Below are positions 49,880 to 64,000 of a DNA stretch of 64,000 bases, piece after piece. The notes beneath the pieces were generated by a model, which made no database searches, was not told the DNA's origin, and saw only the letters and a list, made by a program, of their open reading frames with translations. This DNA is from Octopus sinensis (taxonomy: Eukaryota), in assembly GCF_006345805.1 (NCBI RefSeq), contig NC_043000.1, positions 22,382,001-22,446,000 on the forward strand, read 5' to 3'. A program made the translations under genes and the position numbers. How positions within the stretch are numbered: position 1 is the stretch's first letter; the number at the start of each line of letters is the position of its first letter.

Positions 49880-50200
49880 TAGTGAAGGTGCATGGCTTTG
49901 TGGTTAGCATATTTGGCTTGTGAGCATAATGTTAGGAGTTCGATTCCTGGAGCTGCATTGTGTCCTTGAGCAAGACACTTCATTTCACGTTGCTCCAGTC
50001 CATTCAGCTGGTAAAATTCAGTGGTACCTGTAATTTAAAGGACCAGTCTTGTCATAGTATGGTCATATCTTTGTGAACTACGTTGAGGGTGCACATGTCT
50101 GTGGAGTGCTCAGCTACTTGTATGTTAATTTCATGAGCAAGCTGTTCCATTGATTGGTTCAACTGGGACAGTCGTCATTGTAACTGACGGCATGTCCATT
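49880..50200 (+). mobile_element. SINE family D-related
   Basis: Head GCATGGCTTTGTGGTTAG..GAGTTCGATTCC. Body as 17362. Confidence 0.8.
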
Positions 50201-50248
50201 TTTTTTGTTTAGTTTATTCACTGGTTTTTTACTTACTTTTCTTTTTAG

Positions 50249-50462
50249 GTGCCTGACAATCCTCAGCAGGAGGCTACGCAAGCTGTCCAAACACTGGCAG
50301 ATGTTGCTACCCACCAAGAAGCAAATACAGGTATTGGTCATCCAACCCCAGTCCGGGTTGAAATGAACAGTGATAGTGACACACCTACTGTAGCAACCTT
50401 AGCTGAGGCCACAGTCAATCATGATGGACAAATTATATTAACTGGAGATGCTACTTTAGGTG
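50249..50462 (+). CDS. NRF1: NRF1 coding exon 7
   Basis: QEATQAVQTLADVA..VATLAEATVNHDGQIILTG (activation region). Donor G|GTGAGT, phase 1. Confidence 0.9.
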
Positions 50463-50514
50463 GTGAGTTCAGTAAACTCTTAAAGAGAAAGCTTTATTAT
50501 TCTATTGATAACGA

Positions 50515-50730
50515 ACACAGCAAGCTGGCAGAATCGTTAGCATGTGGGACAAAATGCTTTGGCATTTTTTCTGGCTTTATGCACTAAGTTCAAATGCTGC
50601 TAAGGTTGACTTTGCCTTTCATCCTTTCAGGGTCAATGAAATAAGTCCCAGTTGAGAACTTGGGTTGATGTAATTGATTTAACCCCTTCCTCTAAAATTA
50701 ATGGCCCTGTGCCAAAATTCATAACCATTA
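50515..50730 (+). mobile_element. SINE family C
   Basis: AGCTGGCAGAATCGTTAGC head, GTTGACTTTGCCTTTCATCCTTTC core. Confidence 0.8.
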
Positions 50731-51046
50731 TTCTATTGATAATTGTGTCTTGATATTTTGTTCAACCATTAAGTATTTAGAAATGAAGTTTATTAAATTA
50801 TTATTGTATCTGATTGAAATTCTCATGATTGTGGAGTTAGTCAACAATTCATTCTAATTTTTGATGCTAAAATCACTTTTGCATTCTAATTCCTTTCTGG
50901 ATCTGTTTTAATAATAAATATAATAAATGAAGCTTCACATAAATACAATAAATGAAGTTGCCGTACACTTTGTTGTTAGGTCACAGTAACCAATGTGTAG
51001 ATCATCTTTCTCATGGTTGTCTTGTTTTTCTTTTCTTTTTCTGCAG

Positions 51047-51267
51047 GTATAGTAACATTTCCCGTTTCTATGTTTCACAACATGACTGCATTCAAGACTA
51101 CAGATCTACACGGACAGAACAACTATCGTATAGCAACAGTTACCCAAAGCCAGGACAATGAGTTGTCACATCAAAACATTGATGACAATAATCACCTTTC
51201 TATCACCAATTCAGATGGAACTGTTGCTAATGTCACAATGGAAGTAATGACCGTTGACCAATCCTGA
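51047..51267 (+). CDS. NRF1: NRF1 coding exon 8 (last)
   Basis: Acceptor TTTTTCTGCAG. GIVTFPVSMFH..VTMEVMTVDQS*. Joined CDS 1443 nt = 480 aa. Confidence 0.88.
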
Positions 51268-51829
51268 CTGTCAGCGGAATGGAATGACCTTATTCTATCT
51301 GTGATATACTTCCATCTAGTCTTTTTCTCTTTTTCCATCTCCATGCTACTTCATGTAGCTAATGGACAATTGTACAAGCAAGCAAATAAGCAGATCAACT
51401 ATACATTGATTCAACAACTCACATCTTCATTAGTCCATTTTCCCATCCTTCCATTCTTCTTTGTATCGGTTCATCGCTAGTATTTTTATATTTGTGGATA
51501 AGCATTCCTATTAACTTCCGATCAACATACTATGTCTGGATATTTTGGGGTTGTTTTCTGTTAAATATTCTAGGCGTTCCAGTCTGAACTTCAGGCCTGT
51601 GAACAAAGATAATCTATTAGATTTCTCTGATACTGACAGTCTATTAGCCTGATTTTTCAGTTTTGTTTTACATTATTGCTACTGGTTTCTCTCTTCTAGA
51701 ATACTGTATTATTTGATTTGTTCTTACCATAGTGTCTTATTATGTTGGTGTCTGTTGTAAACATTTTTCTCTTTTTACATACATTACAATATTTATATTA
51801 CAGTTACTTACACACACTTTTCTACACAT

Positions 51830-52710
<881 letters not shown>

Positions 52711-54724
52711 CACTACATAATTAACAATTAAAAATGTCTTCTATTCACTGCCAGACCAAAATCTGAAATGGGCTGTGAAAATTCATGCATCATGTAGTCA
52801 CATAAACAGATTAATTATTATTAATCATGTAACAATATTTTTTTGTGTAATGTCCTTCTGTTATTTATTTGATAATTGATTATTTCTCCACATTGATTTT
52901 GTTTTACCTTAAGAAGTTCAGTTTTCTTCCGTAGAAGTTTTAGAGGCATTTTGGTTTCATTTTAATCTAAAATATAGCTTAAATATTTTAATATCCTATC
53001 TGATGCCGACATATTTTGGTATAACCTGTTCCATATATGGAAGAAAATAGGGCTACGGTTACTTTGAAAGTGGATAGGGAAGCTCATGTTCAAAATCACA
53101 CCCCCATTGATACGACCAACAAAGCTAGTGTGATGTAATAGATGGCACTCACACATTATAGACTGTGTTGAAATGGGGAAGATTAATATGAGATGAGGAC
53201 TTACATGGGAACAAATTTGATGACATTGTTGTTAAATCTACGACCATCTAACATTAGCATGATTGAGAGAATGTGTATGAAGAATGGAAGGCTGAATGTC
53301 TGTTTAAGATGTTTTCCTTATCTGTTTCACATTAAATTTATTGTTGTTGGAGTCTTGACTCTTTTTATAAACTAAGTAATGGTTTCTGTAAAAAGATTAT
53401 TATTTCTTTTTTACATTGTATAACAATTGTCTGTGCAGTTTTTTTGTAGACATGGAGGCTATGGAATTTAAGAGACTTTGAAGCTACTGCTTGCTGCTGT
53501 CTTTGAGTTTAGCAAACTGTTTGGAATAATGTGATCAGCTGTTGGAATCTTCTGAAAATAGCTTATTAATGAAATCTATTTAAATGATATTAATATTTTT
53601 TGTTATTTTTCTTTTAACAGCTGAGCAAGGTGTCAAAAAATTTCATTTGAAATAGTCATACTATTAATGCTTATAGCATATGAACAAATTTTAAAAGTCC
53701 TTAAGATACTGCCCTTATGAATATTGCTTTTTAAAATTTTAATCTTATTTAATTTATCTGTGAAGCTGATCATTAAAAATATTTTTAACTTCTTAAATTG
53801 AATTATCAGTGTAAGTGAAAATATTTTTCATCAGTTTCAGTGTACTAAGAACTAAAGTATAATTTTTCATTTGAATTTTAACATCTAAAGATTATGAAAC
53901 AGCATGTGACTTTACAATGATGTAAGGATGTTTTTGTCCCTGTGATAGTGTTTGACAATGTCGAATATCTTATTGAAATATAGGGGTAATTCTTGAGTTC
54001 AGTAAGAAATGTCAACAACACTAAAAATGATCGATTCTTTGTTATCTTTACAGTAACATGTTTTATGTGCAGTTTTAATTGCTACACATTAGGGGCAATC
54101 AGCTTGGTGGTGGCCATCCTTCTTCAGTCCATTGATTACATATGAAAATTGTAGATACAAAGAGTAAATAACATAAAATAGCTCGACAAGAAAATGAACT
54201 AAACATGCTCAAAATAGCAGCCAAATCTCCCTTAAACCACATCTTGTCGTCTTAAAAAAAAGGGCACAAATTGATGTAGCCTGCCTGATGTACACTACAC
54301 CTGAAAATAAGATGGGCTGGACATGGTTGGCATGCCACTGATCATAGGCCTTGCTTGATCAGGGCAGACCACAACAACTTGTGTTGCAGGTCCAGCTTAC
54401 TGAGATGTTAATTAACATACTTCAATGTTCACTTATTACTCTTCAAAATTAATCTGTTCCTCTCAATGTTAGTATAGATCTTGTAATGTAATGAATATTG
54501 TTTAATAATTTAAATGGTTTTTTTTTTTAAACAAAAAATTGAACTTATAAGCAGTTAATGTGCCTTAGTATAATCAAGAAAATAATTTTACTAGAATTCC
54601 ATATTTAGGGCATTTGTTGTTTACTATAGAATTTTTTTTTTTTTTAATTCAAAGACTCTCAGACTTTTATGTCAAAAATTTGGTTGTGTTCAATAAAAAC
54701 TGTTAATATTTAAGAAGAAAATAG

Positions 54725-54937
54725 GATGGTGAGCTGGCAGACTCGTTACCATGCCACACAAAATACTTGGTGGCATTTTGTCCGTCTTTACGTTCTGAGT
54801 TCAAATTCTGTTGAAGTCGATTTTGCCTTTCTTCTTTTCAGGGCCAATAAAATAAAGACTAGTTGATCACTGGGGTCAAAGCAATCAACTTAACTCCTCC
54901 CTGCAATTACTGGCCTTGTGCCAAAATTTGAAACCTA
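54725..54937 (+). mobile_element. SINE family C
   Basis: GGTGAGCTGGCAGA head, GTTCTGAGTTCAAATTC, core. Confidence 0.8.
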
Positions 54938-57802
54938 TAGTTTAGAAAACAAATCACCAAGAATAGGTTTGACTATATTTCTTTCACATTAATTGTACAC
55001 AAGAGATAGTCTGAATATTGAAAAATTAGACTAACATAAGATATGTGAAACTAACTGCACCGTAAAATTTAAAATAGAATAAATTAAAGAGAAAGAATTT
55101 CATAGAAGTGAAAGTCAGCATAGAAATATAATTGCTCTTCCACACTTATATTAGAAGGTGATATTTATGCGTGTATTTTAAATGTTAACTATGTTTGTAT
55201 TCACATATAAATACATGCATAACATTTCTTGCCATTTCTGAGCATATATGGAATATTAGTATATTTTGAGAATTTTTTTTTTACTGAATATCAATCTAAT
55301 TCAACCAGTGGTTTTCTGGATTTATTAAAATAAAATATACAAAATGAGACAAATTGCCTGTCAATGTTTTTTTTTTTTTTGCTAACTTTTCCCCACAAAA
55401 ATTATATCTAGCTCAGTTTTTCGATTTTAGTTAAAAGTCCAAATTTTTAACAATTATAAAAAATATTGATTAAAAAATTTTTTTTACTGTTCTTACATTC
55501 TTTTTGGGGCTTTTAATATTAACAAATTGTTTTCAAAACTCATTAGCAGTGTTTAACAACAATCACAAACCTATTTTAATGGCAATATTAATGATAGACT
55601 TCAGGAAAATCATTGAATTAGGGGATAGATTTAGTAATCTTTCTTGCAATCAAATAGAAATTGTTAAATGGAATAGCCCAGAAATAATCTTTACATGTTA
55701 GTGCACGAGTCCTTCTCATAGGGATTTAGAAAGATGCAATATATATCTTCTAAATAGTAAAGATTTATCATTTCTTTTCCTGTTAAAAACATTGAAAATA
55801 TAATCTGCAATTAGTTTCATGACCTGAAAACTTTTAACATCAAATTAGGGTGAATGTTCACTCCAGCTATTAACAGTTTTTAAATAAAATCTTTTAGAAA
55901 ATATTCTGTAATTCTACAAGTACTTAATTAGATGTTGTTAATACTTAACTCCTAAATGAATATTTTCCCACCTGATATGAAAAATTATATTGGTTCTTAA
56001 AAAGCGTCGTATCTGGTACTTACAACGAAATTATTTATTTCCATCAGGTGATTTTTAAAATAGTCCATAATAATAATAATGATAATGATGGTGATTATTA
56101 TCAATATTTTTATTATTTGCCTTAATCCTAATTGTTTTTATTCAATGTTGAAAATTCTTGTTACTTCATTCTTTAAACCTGGTTTTGTGTACAGCTGTTG
56201 TGAACTGTCCTTGTGATTTAGACAGACAAATTCCAAATTAAGATTCCATATCAGTAAATTTATGCAGAAGGTGATTCTATTGTATTTTAGTTTCTAAGCC
56301 TTCTTCAGTATAACTATTTTTGTTTGTTCTTTTTATATGATGTTTTTTTTTTGTTTCTTTTATTTTAAAACTTCTGTAAAATCTCAGGTGAATCAGGTTT
56401 CATGTCAGTGATAAAACAGTTTTCTAAGACTTTAAACTGATCCTAGGCATAAGCTTTGAATCTTCCTCTGTAATATTTCTTCTTTTCTTTCTGTGTTCTC
56501 TCACTGCCAAATCATACAAATATGAGAAAACAACAGACGCAAATGCATTCTCTGTGACAGATATGACATGAACCCCAAATGAAACAATACATTTTAGTTT
56601 AGTAAATATTAAAGTTCTTATATAAGTAACTGGATGGCATTTTGTTTTTATGCTTTTTACATCCATTCTGCCATCCATGCTTGCATTGGTGGCATGTTTT
56701 TTTTTTCTCCTTCAGTGTTACTCTTCTGATAGCTTTCAACTGTGAAGTAAAAACAGAGCTCTACTCAAGAGCACAACACAATGATTGTAATTCTAAGAGC
56801 TCAATCACTTCTAATCACAGAACCATAAGTTAACTGTGCAGTCATTGTACCTCAATTGATGTAGAGATAAAAAAATAAACCCCATTGAACTTACTCCTGG
56901 TTCAGTATTTTTAAATGCCATTTAGAATAATAACACCTTAGTAAAATGTTTATAAATGAATGCAAACATAGCTTAGATATTGATAATGTTGATTAGTCTC
57001 TACAACTGACATAAAAATAATGATGGAATGAATGATGAAAGGAGATAATTTTGTACTGTAAAACTTTCATGTGTAAGGCAGCATGTTCCTAGATATTTCA
57101 ATATGTAGGTACTCTTTATGTTATTAAATATTTGAACTACGATGTAGTTATTTACCTTCCACAACAAAACAGAAAAAAAAAATGTTGAAAAATATTTCAA
57201 AATATGGTTGCAATTTTTTAAGTAACCATTTAAAAACTATTTTAATATAAGCTAATATTTTGCTTCTGATGCCATTATTTCACAGAGTCCTGAAGACAAA
57301 TCACCTTTCTATAGAAAGCTGATTTAATGAAAAACCATTTTCCTTATTTTGTGCTAAACTTGTCAGAAGAGTTTTGATTTGAAATTATCACTTACATAGT
57401 AATAATGTTGTTGGGAATAATTATATATATATATATATAATTTTAAAAATCAGCTCTTTTCTTTTATTTTTGCAACATGTTTAATGTGGCAGGATTCCAC
57501 ACTAAATAAATTGCTTTTGGTTACAACTGTTTTCTTATCTTTTCTGTGAAATGAAAGGACCATCAAAAAAAGGTCGATGGTATTTTTTTCTACTCATCAG
57601 TAGTGGAAAGGGAAAAGATGCTTATAAATATGTCTATGAACCAATTCTTTAAAAAAAATTACAAATAAAAAAAAAGCCAGACACTTCAATGAAATTAAAG
57701 AAAATATATCTTGTTTACTTCTTGTTTTTTATTTTTCACATCTTTCAATATATTTATCTCTTCCCTTTTCTCCAAGAAATTGAAATATATTTTATGTTCA
57801 TA

Positions 57803-58200
57803 GGTGCGTGCAGGAGTGGCTGTGTGGTAAGTAGTTTGCTTACCAACCACATGGTTCTGGGTTCAGTCCCACTGCATGGCACCTTGGGCAAGTGTCTTCT
57901 GCTATAGCCTCAGGCCGACCAAATCCTTGTGAGTGGATTTGGTAGACGGAAACTGAAAGAAGCCTGTCGTATATATTTATGTATGTATGTCTATGTTCCC
58001 CCCCCACCTTCACTTGACAACCAATGTTGGTGTGTTTATGTCCCTGTAACTTAGCAGTGCAGCCAAAGAGACCGATAGAACAAGTACTAGGCTTACAAAG
58101 AATAAGTCCAGTGGTTGAGTTCTTCAACCAAAACCCTTTTAGACGGTACTCCAGCATGGGCACACTCAAATGACTGAGACATATAAAAGAAAAAAAGAAC
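57803..58200 (+). mobile_element. SINE family A, full length
   Basis: Same structure as 35888-36290. Confidence 0.9.
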
Positions 58201-58619
58201 AGGTGCAACTGGAGTATTATAATTGGAATCTCTATTCGGTTCTTTTACTAGTTTCCATCATGGGACTGCTGCCATGCCTGAGGTACTGCCTTGAAGAACT
58301 TAGTTAAACAAATTGACCCCAATATATATTTTTTCTTTTCATTTTGTCAATCTCCTCTGTTAAATTACAGGGATGTAAACAAACCAACACCACTTAGAAC
58401 ATAGAAGTACATGTATCTTTCTACCTATAGTTCTATAGATAAGATAGATTCTCCATATAGAATACACTTCTGTATCATTTATACTCTATGTAAGTTGGAC
58501 CTTTTTTATATGTATACATATATACATACTTTGTATTTCATGTATTTAATATGCTTTATATATTAATCTATCTAATTTGCTTTTATACATACATATATAT
58601 ATATATATGTTTGTTCCTT

Positions 58620-58875
58620 TTCAAGCCATGCCTGGCTCATAGGGCCAGTTTCCTTGGCATATAGGTTCCCCACCTGAATGGAACGCCAGTTCATTGCAGG
58701 TGAGCTGCAAGATGCAGAAGGAAAGAGTCAGCAAAAGTTGGCCATTACCTTCTGCCGGAGCTGCGTGGAGCTTAGGTGTTTTGCTCATAAACACACACAT
58801 TGCCCGGTCTGAGATTCAAACCTGCAATCTCTCAACCATGAGTCCTCTGCTCTAACCACTAGGCCATGTGCCTCC
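58620..58875 (-). mobile_element. tRNA-headed SINE (family D-type head, different tail)
   Basis: Reverse complement head GTGGAGGCACATGGCCTAGTGGTTAGAGCAG..GGTTTGAATCTC. Confidence 0.7.
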
Positions 58876-58881
58876 ACACAT

Positions 58882-58912
<31 letters not shown>

Positions 58913-59877
58913 ATGGGCTACCATACAATTTTCGTATAGACATTTGCCCTAGATACTGTGCAATGTGACTAAACCCCAAAACCACATGGTTGTGAAGCAG
59001 CTCCTAAACCACCAAGCAACAGCAGATAACCAGATCAGGAGGTTATTGAGCAATCAATTCTTTTATTGTGCTTAACTGAAAACAAATTGCACCTAGCTAT
59101 AAAAGTGTACCACATTATAGTGTAGGGGTTCACAGCTGTGAGCAGTGACATTATCATCATCATGCCCACTTTTCCATTTTGCCTAGATTAGATGGAATTT
59201 GTTAGGGCAGAGTTTGTTATAGCCAGATGCCCTTCCTGTTATCAACAATCACCTGTTTCCAAGTAAACAAAGGGCACTACTTGTCTGCAACTATTGATGT
59301 CAATACAAGAGGGCGCAGATGTATACATACATAACAAGCTTCTTTCAGTTTCTGCTGATGAAATCTGAAGGCTTTGATCAGCTTGGGGCTCATAATAAAA
59401 GCTCAAGGTGTCACACAGTGAGACTCAACCTGCAACCAGCTGATTGGGCAGCAAACTTCTTAGCCATACAACTATACCTGACATTTCAATAAAATTTAGT
59501 ATTTTGCCATTTGCAGGGTTGAGTACAATTTCTCTTGTTAGTTTAATTGGTTTTATCTAAGTCAATATGCAGTTCACCTGACAATGGATACTTTTTAATG
59601 AAGAATAAATTAATTTCATCATCATCATTAGACTTCCGTTTTCCGTGCTGGAAAACTAGAGAGCTACATCAAGTTCCTGTCTGATTTGGCTTGGTGTCTA
59701 TAGTTGGAAGCCAATCATTTTACAGGGTGTTCTGGGTGCTTTTTATGTGGTACCAGCATGGGTGTTTTGTAGGCAGCCTGGCACAGGTGCCTTTTACGTG
59801 GTGCTGGCATGAGAATCATCAAGTGAAAAAATGGAAAGTTTGAATGCATTTCAAATTAATTATCATTTTATGATTTA

Positions 59878-60221
59878 CTAGCAGTTTCGACCCTTTAGAA
59901 TTGGAATTTTTGAAAAGTAAAATTTTGCATTATGTAGCTTGTTATTCTCTGTAAGTGAACATTTTTCTGGTTGAAATACACTGAAAAATGGTGACACAGC
60001 AGTGAAAAAATCGTAAAAAATAGGGATTTTCATTAGAAAAAAGCGCCTTTTTGGTGTTAACATGGTCGATTTGAATTTTTTCTTCTATGGAAGGAAGAGC
60101 AAGCCTTCTATCATACTCTCAATTTTGGTCAATTTGCGCTTCAGGGTCTCGGAGGAGATAGTGTTAGTTGAAGGCTATCAAACCTGCCATACACAGTCAA
60201 CTTCAGCTTGATATATATAGA
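59878..60221 (-). mobile_element. Non-autonomous Helitron (subterminal hairpin deleted)
   Basis: Minus strand A|TCTATATATATC start, end ACTGCTAG|T shared with the other two Helitrons. Confidence 0.65.
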
Positions 60222-60764
60222 TATTTTTGTATGTGCTTAAAGGGTATCTTTGTTACAAATTCTTTATATATTTTGCTTGATCTGGACATCCTGAGATAGG
60301 AGGAGGTTGCCAATATCACCAATGCTGGAGACAAATACTGTGAAAGGAGAAGAAACACAGGAACTCACCACCAAAGAAAAGTGCACTTGAGGAACAAAAA
60401 ACCAGAAGTGCTGGTAGAGAGTTCCTGAAAATGCAGTCACTGTATACGTGATTACCACTCCTATGTGGGCCTCTACTGCCACACCAGATGCTACACCACC
60501 ACCAGCAGATATTTCTTCAAGTACAGATCCATGGCCTCTCAAGAATGATGGATACCTACTACTATATTTTGCAAAAAGGGAACTGCTTTGTGGTTGTTCA
60601 ATCTGCTAGAAATAGCAGCCTATTATTTCTTTTGTGCACTGTGCTGGGAGGTATCATAGCTGGAGTTGTTGATCAAAAATGAGAACCATTTCTGTTTCTT
60701 TTGAGACTCAGCATCTTCAGAACTGAACTACATCCAACACACACTCATATATGTGTGTGTGTAT

Positions 60765-61050
60765 GTGGAGGTACACTGGCCCAGTGGTTAGGACAGAGGA
60801 TCACGGTTTCATTTCCCAGACCGGTCATTATGAGTGTTTATTGAGTGAAAACACCTAAAGTTCCACAAGGCTCTGGCAAGGGGTGGTGGTGAACCCTGCT
60901 GTACTCTTTCACCACAGCTTTCTCTCACTCTTTCTTCCTGTTTCTGTTGTACCTGTATTTCAAAATGCCAGCCTTGTCACGCTGAATCTCCCCAAGAACT
61001 ACATTAAGGGTACACGTGTCTGTGGAGTGCTCATCCATCTGCTCGTTAAT
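60765..61050 (+). mobile_element. SINE family D
   Basis: Close match to 17362-17735. Confidence 0.85.
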
Positions 61051-61479
61051 AAATGAGCTGCAACGTCACTGGTGCCAAGCTGTATCGGCTTTTGCCTTCC
61101 CCTTTGATAACATCAGTGGCATGGAGAAGGGAGGCTTGTATGCGTGGGTAACTGCTGGTCTTCCATAAACAACCTTGCCCAGACTTGTGCTTCGAAGGGT
61201 AACTTTCTAGGTGCAATCCCATGGTCATTCATGACCAAAGGGGTCACATGATATATATATATATATATATAAAAGACTAATAATAATGAGCTTGTATTCA
61301 GTGCTCAGGGGCACTACTATTTGTCAGAAAATGTTAAAAAAAGAAAAGGGACCGGTTACTGCATCCTTCAGAAAATACATACTTCATGAAATTTGTCAAC
61401 ACTATTGATACACCTGTGCACCTTTTTGCCTTTATGGCTCTTTTCTGCATTTTTATTTTTGTGTTTTATTCAGTATAAC

Positions 61480-61680
61480 TATCACCATCATTATCATTCA
61501 ACATCTGCTTTCCATGCCAGTATGGGTTGGACGGTCTAACCAGAGGTGGTAAGGCCAGGGTCCACACCAGGCTCCATTGGTCTATTCTGATATGGTTTCT
61601 ATGGCTGGATGTCCTTCCTAACACCAACTATTCCACAGAGTGTACTAAGTGTTTTGAATGTGGTACAGGCACCAGTACAA
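61480..61680 (-). mobile_element. RTE 3'-tail repeat, family B (diverged)
   Basis: (ATC)n..CTGCTTTCCATGCCAGTATGGGTTGGACGG..GGATGTCCTTCCTAA. Confidence 0.75.
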
Positions 61681-62239
61681 ATTCTGTTGTGGCAGTTGGG
61701 TCTTCTTGAGTAGGGCAAGGCACCAGATATCTTCATTCTTTGTCATTTCTTTTACAGTTATCAATGTCTTTCTTTACTTGAATTATTGCTGGATTCTGTG
61801 CCCTCTTTTACCCTTTTCTGATATGTTACATTGCTCTGAGCACTGGATACAATAAACTCGTTATTTTTATGTCAATAAATGCTTTTATATAAAGAAAATA
61901 ATACAATCTTAAAGTTACTTCCCTTTACAGTTACTTATTAAAACGAAACAATATATTTCACAGCACATTTGTTTTGAAGCTAAGATCATTTTAAAGAGGA
62001 GATGGGAGTCTTAACTCATGCAGTTAATTGATCAAGCTCCAAGTGGTAAAATGTATTTGAACTGATGTGTCTTGAGGAAGGGGAACAGTGATGCTAGAAA
62101 CAAAATAGAACTTTGAAGAAATTGGTTACTGCATTCGATGGTATATAGATGCAGCGAATATTCAGAATAAAAAGGTTTTAGAGCACAAGATTATCCACCA
62201 TCTTTCCAACACAACCTTGGGCACCTTTTTGAATTCCAT

Positions 62240-63130
62240 ATGACTAGCACTTGTGGACATGCTCACAAAATCAAAAATCAATACATGACTTTCAGAAACA
62301 GGTTTTCATGCTCAGAATTATTGAAGCATGGAAGAGACTATCCCCATCAGTTGTCAGCTGCTGGGACACTACATCCTTCAAAACTTCCATGCTTCCTGAA
62401 ATTTTCCAATAGTACTCCAGATGTTTCTCCACTTTTTTTAATGACTCAATCACTGTTTACTTCATCATCATCATCGTTTAACATCCGTTTTCCATGCTAG
62501 CATGGGTTGGACAGTTCGACCAGGGTCTGGGAAGCCAGGAGGCTGCACCAAGCTCTAGTCTGCTCTGGTAGTGTTTCTACAGCTGGATGCCCTTCCTAAC
62601 ACCAACCACTCCGTGAGTGTAGTGGATGCTTTTTACGTGCCACCAGCACAGGGGCCAGAGGTGGCTGGCAACGGCCACGATCGGTTGGTGCTTTTTACGT
62701 GCCACCGGCACGGACACCAATCAAGGCAGCACTGGCATCAGCCACGTTCGGATGGTGCTTTTTATGTGCCACCGGCACAGGTATCACAACTTCAATTTCC
62801 ATTTGATTTTTATTTTGATGTTGATGTACTTGACTCAATAGGTCTCCTCAAGCACAGCAGGTCACCCTACGATCCAAGGTAAGCACAGCAGGTCGTTCTG
62901 CAGTCCAAGGTACTTCAGATGGGCTGGGGCTACGATCCAAGGTAAGCACAGCAGGCCATCCTGTGAGCCATGAACTCACTTCATTTGTCGGGTCTTCACA
63001 GTCATAGCATATCTCCAGAGGTCTCGGTCTTTCATTCTGTGCATTATTGCATGTATAATTTATGCACTTTTGGCTAGTTTTTCTGATTAGTTATTGTGCA
63101 CCTGAGTATGGTATACAATAAGTTCATTAT
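62240..63130 (+). mobile_element. CR1/L2 3' end, split by an RTE insertion
   Basis: 62240-62445 and 63040-63130 match consecutive parts of 18700-19090. Confidence 0.75.
62461..63030 (-). mobile_element. RTE LINE 3' end: last ORF2 codons + full 3'UTR with family B tail
   Basis: Minus strand DRDLWRYAMTVKTRQMK* (RTE DR..WR C-terminus), followed by family B sequence and (GAT)n. Confidence 0.85.
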
Positions 63131-63754
63131 ATTTTCTTTTCCTCCTCTTCCCACTCTTATCCCTTTTTGTCACTTACTGCTTTTCCCCCTTGTTCCTCTC
63201 CCTCTCTTCCCTTTTTCTTGTTTTCTTCACCCTCTTCCACTCCTTCATTCTGTATCCTGAAAATTGTTCGCAAACAATTGTTTGAAAACAATTATTCAAA
63301 AAAACAGTTATTCGAAATAAATATCATTTGTGTACTTAATTTTTTAATTTTATCATTTTTGTTTAAATAAAGTAAAAAATTTAGAATAATGAACATTTTA
63401 TATAATTGTCCTTTTGAATAATTTTCATTTATACAATTTTCCATTCGAATAAATGTTTTACAAACAATGTTCACATAATCCTTCATTCTCTTTCCCCTCT
63501 TTATCTTCTCCTTTTTCACCCTGTTCTTCTTGTGTGCCTCATTTTCTTGATATTGTGTAATAGCTATGTAACTCTTGAAATCAAGAGTAAAAGGAATGGA
63601 GATATTTATCTCCAAGACAGTAAGGTGTGTTCTCTTAATATTTTCATACTTTTATGGATGATACAGCTTAATCAATTTTGCAGGCTGAATTTAACTTTCA
63701 AAACCATAGCAAGTCTGGAAAGCCAATATTTTCAAGCACAAACTAGAAACCCAA

Positions 63755-63900
63755 TGTACAAGTGGTCAAGAAATTCTGTTTGCACATACATAGTTTCAAG
63801 TTCAGTCCACTGTGTGGTACCCTGGGCTGGTGACTTCTATCAAAGATTCGTATTGACCAAAGCTTGGAGAATGAAATTGGGTAGATGGAAACTATGGAAA
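63755..63900 (+). mobile_element. SINE family A, 5' part (diverged)
   Basis: AGTTCAGTCCACTGTGTGG.ACCCTGGGC..TTGGGTAGATGGAAACT. Confidence 0.6.
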
Positions 63901-64000
63901 CCTGCTGAAGATACCATTCCTATCATTGAAAGGTAGGCTTCATCCATCACCCAGGTAAACACCATCATCTGAATACCTCTAGTAAAGTCAAATCTTTTGC

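Noticed and set aside
60264-60682. Coding-looking stretch
   Set aside because: Stops in all frames, no splice structure and no recognisable motif. Probably a decayed retroelement.

Overview
AT-rich animal genomic DNA, most likely a coleoid cephalopod (octopus-like). This is inferred from the dense tRNA-headed SINE, RTE-tail and (TA)n/(CA)n repeat landscape, not from a database match. Two protein-coding genes lie on the + strand. MCM6 has its CDS at 6485-8386 + 9870-10445 (825 aa, only one intron in the CDS) and an E2F palindrome at its likely promoter near 1.7 kb. NRF1/erect-wing has 8 coding exons at 39227-51267 (480 aa), with a CpG-rich promoter region at about 29.5-31 kb. The rest is mainly transposon-derived: at least five SINE/LINE-tail families, RTE and CR1/L2 LINE fragments, an internally deleted mariner, a pogo/Tigger MITE, piggyBac-, hAT- and Mutator-type MITEs, three non-autonomous Helitrons, and hAT and Gypsy remnants. 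The most unusual object is a head-to-head palindromic dimer of a tRNA-headed element (8763-9165, second copy 16185-16620). It carries a degenerate minimal type-I hammerhead ribozyme motif like those of Penelope-like elements. NRF1 introns also hold several long fold-back structures, and there is a possible unannotated minus-strand gene at about 17-19.8 kb. Repeat boundaries are approximate (read by eye). No CRISPR array, rRNA or true tRNA gene was found.
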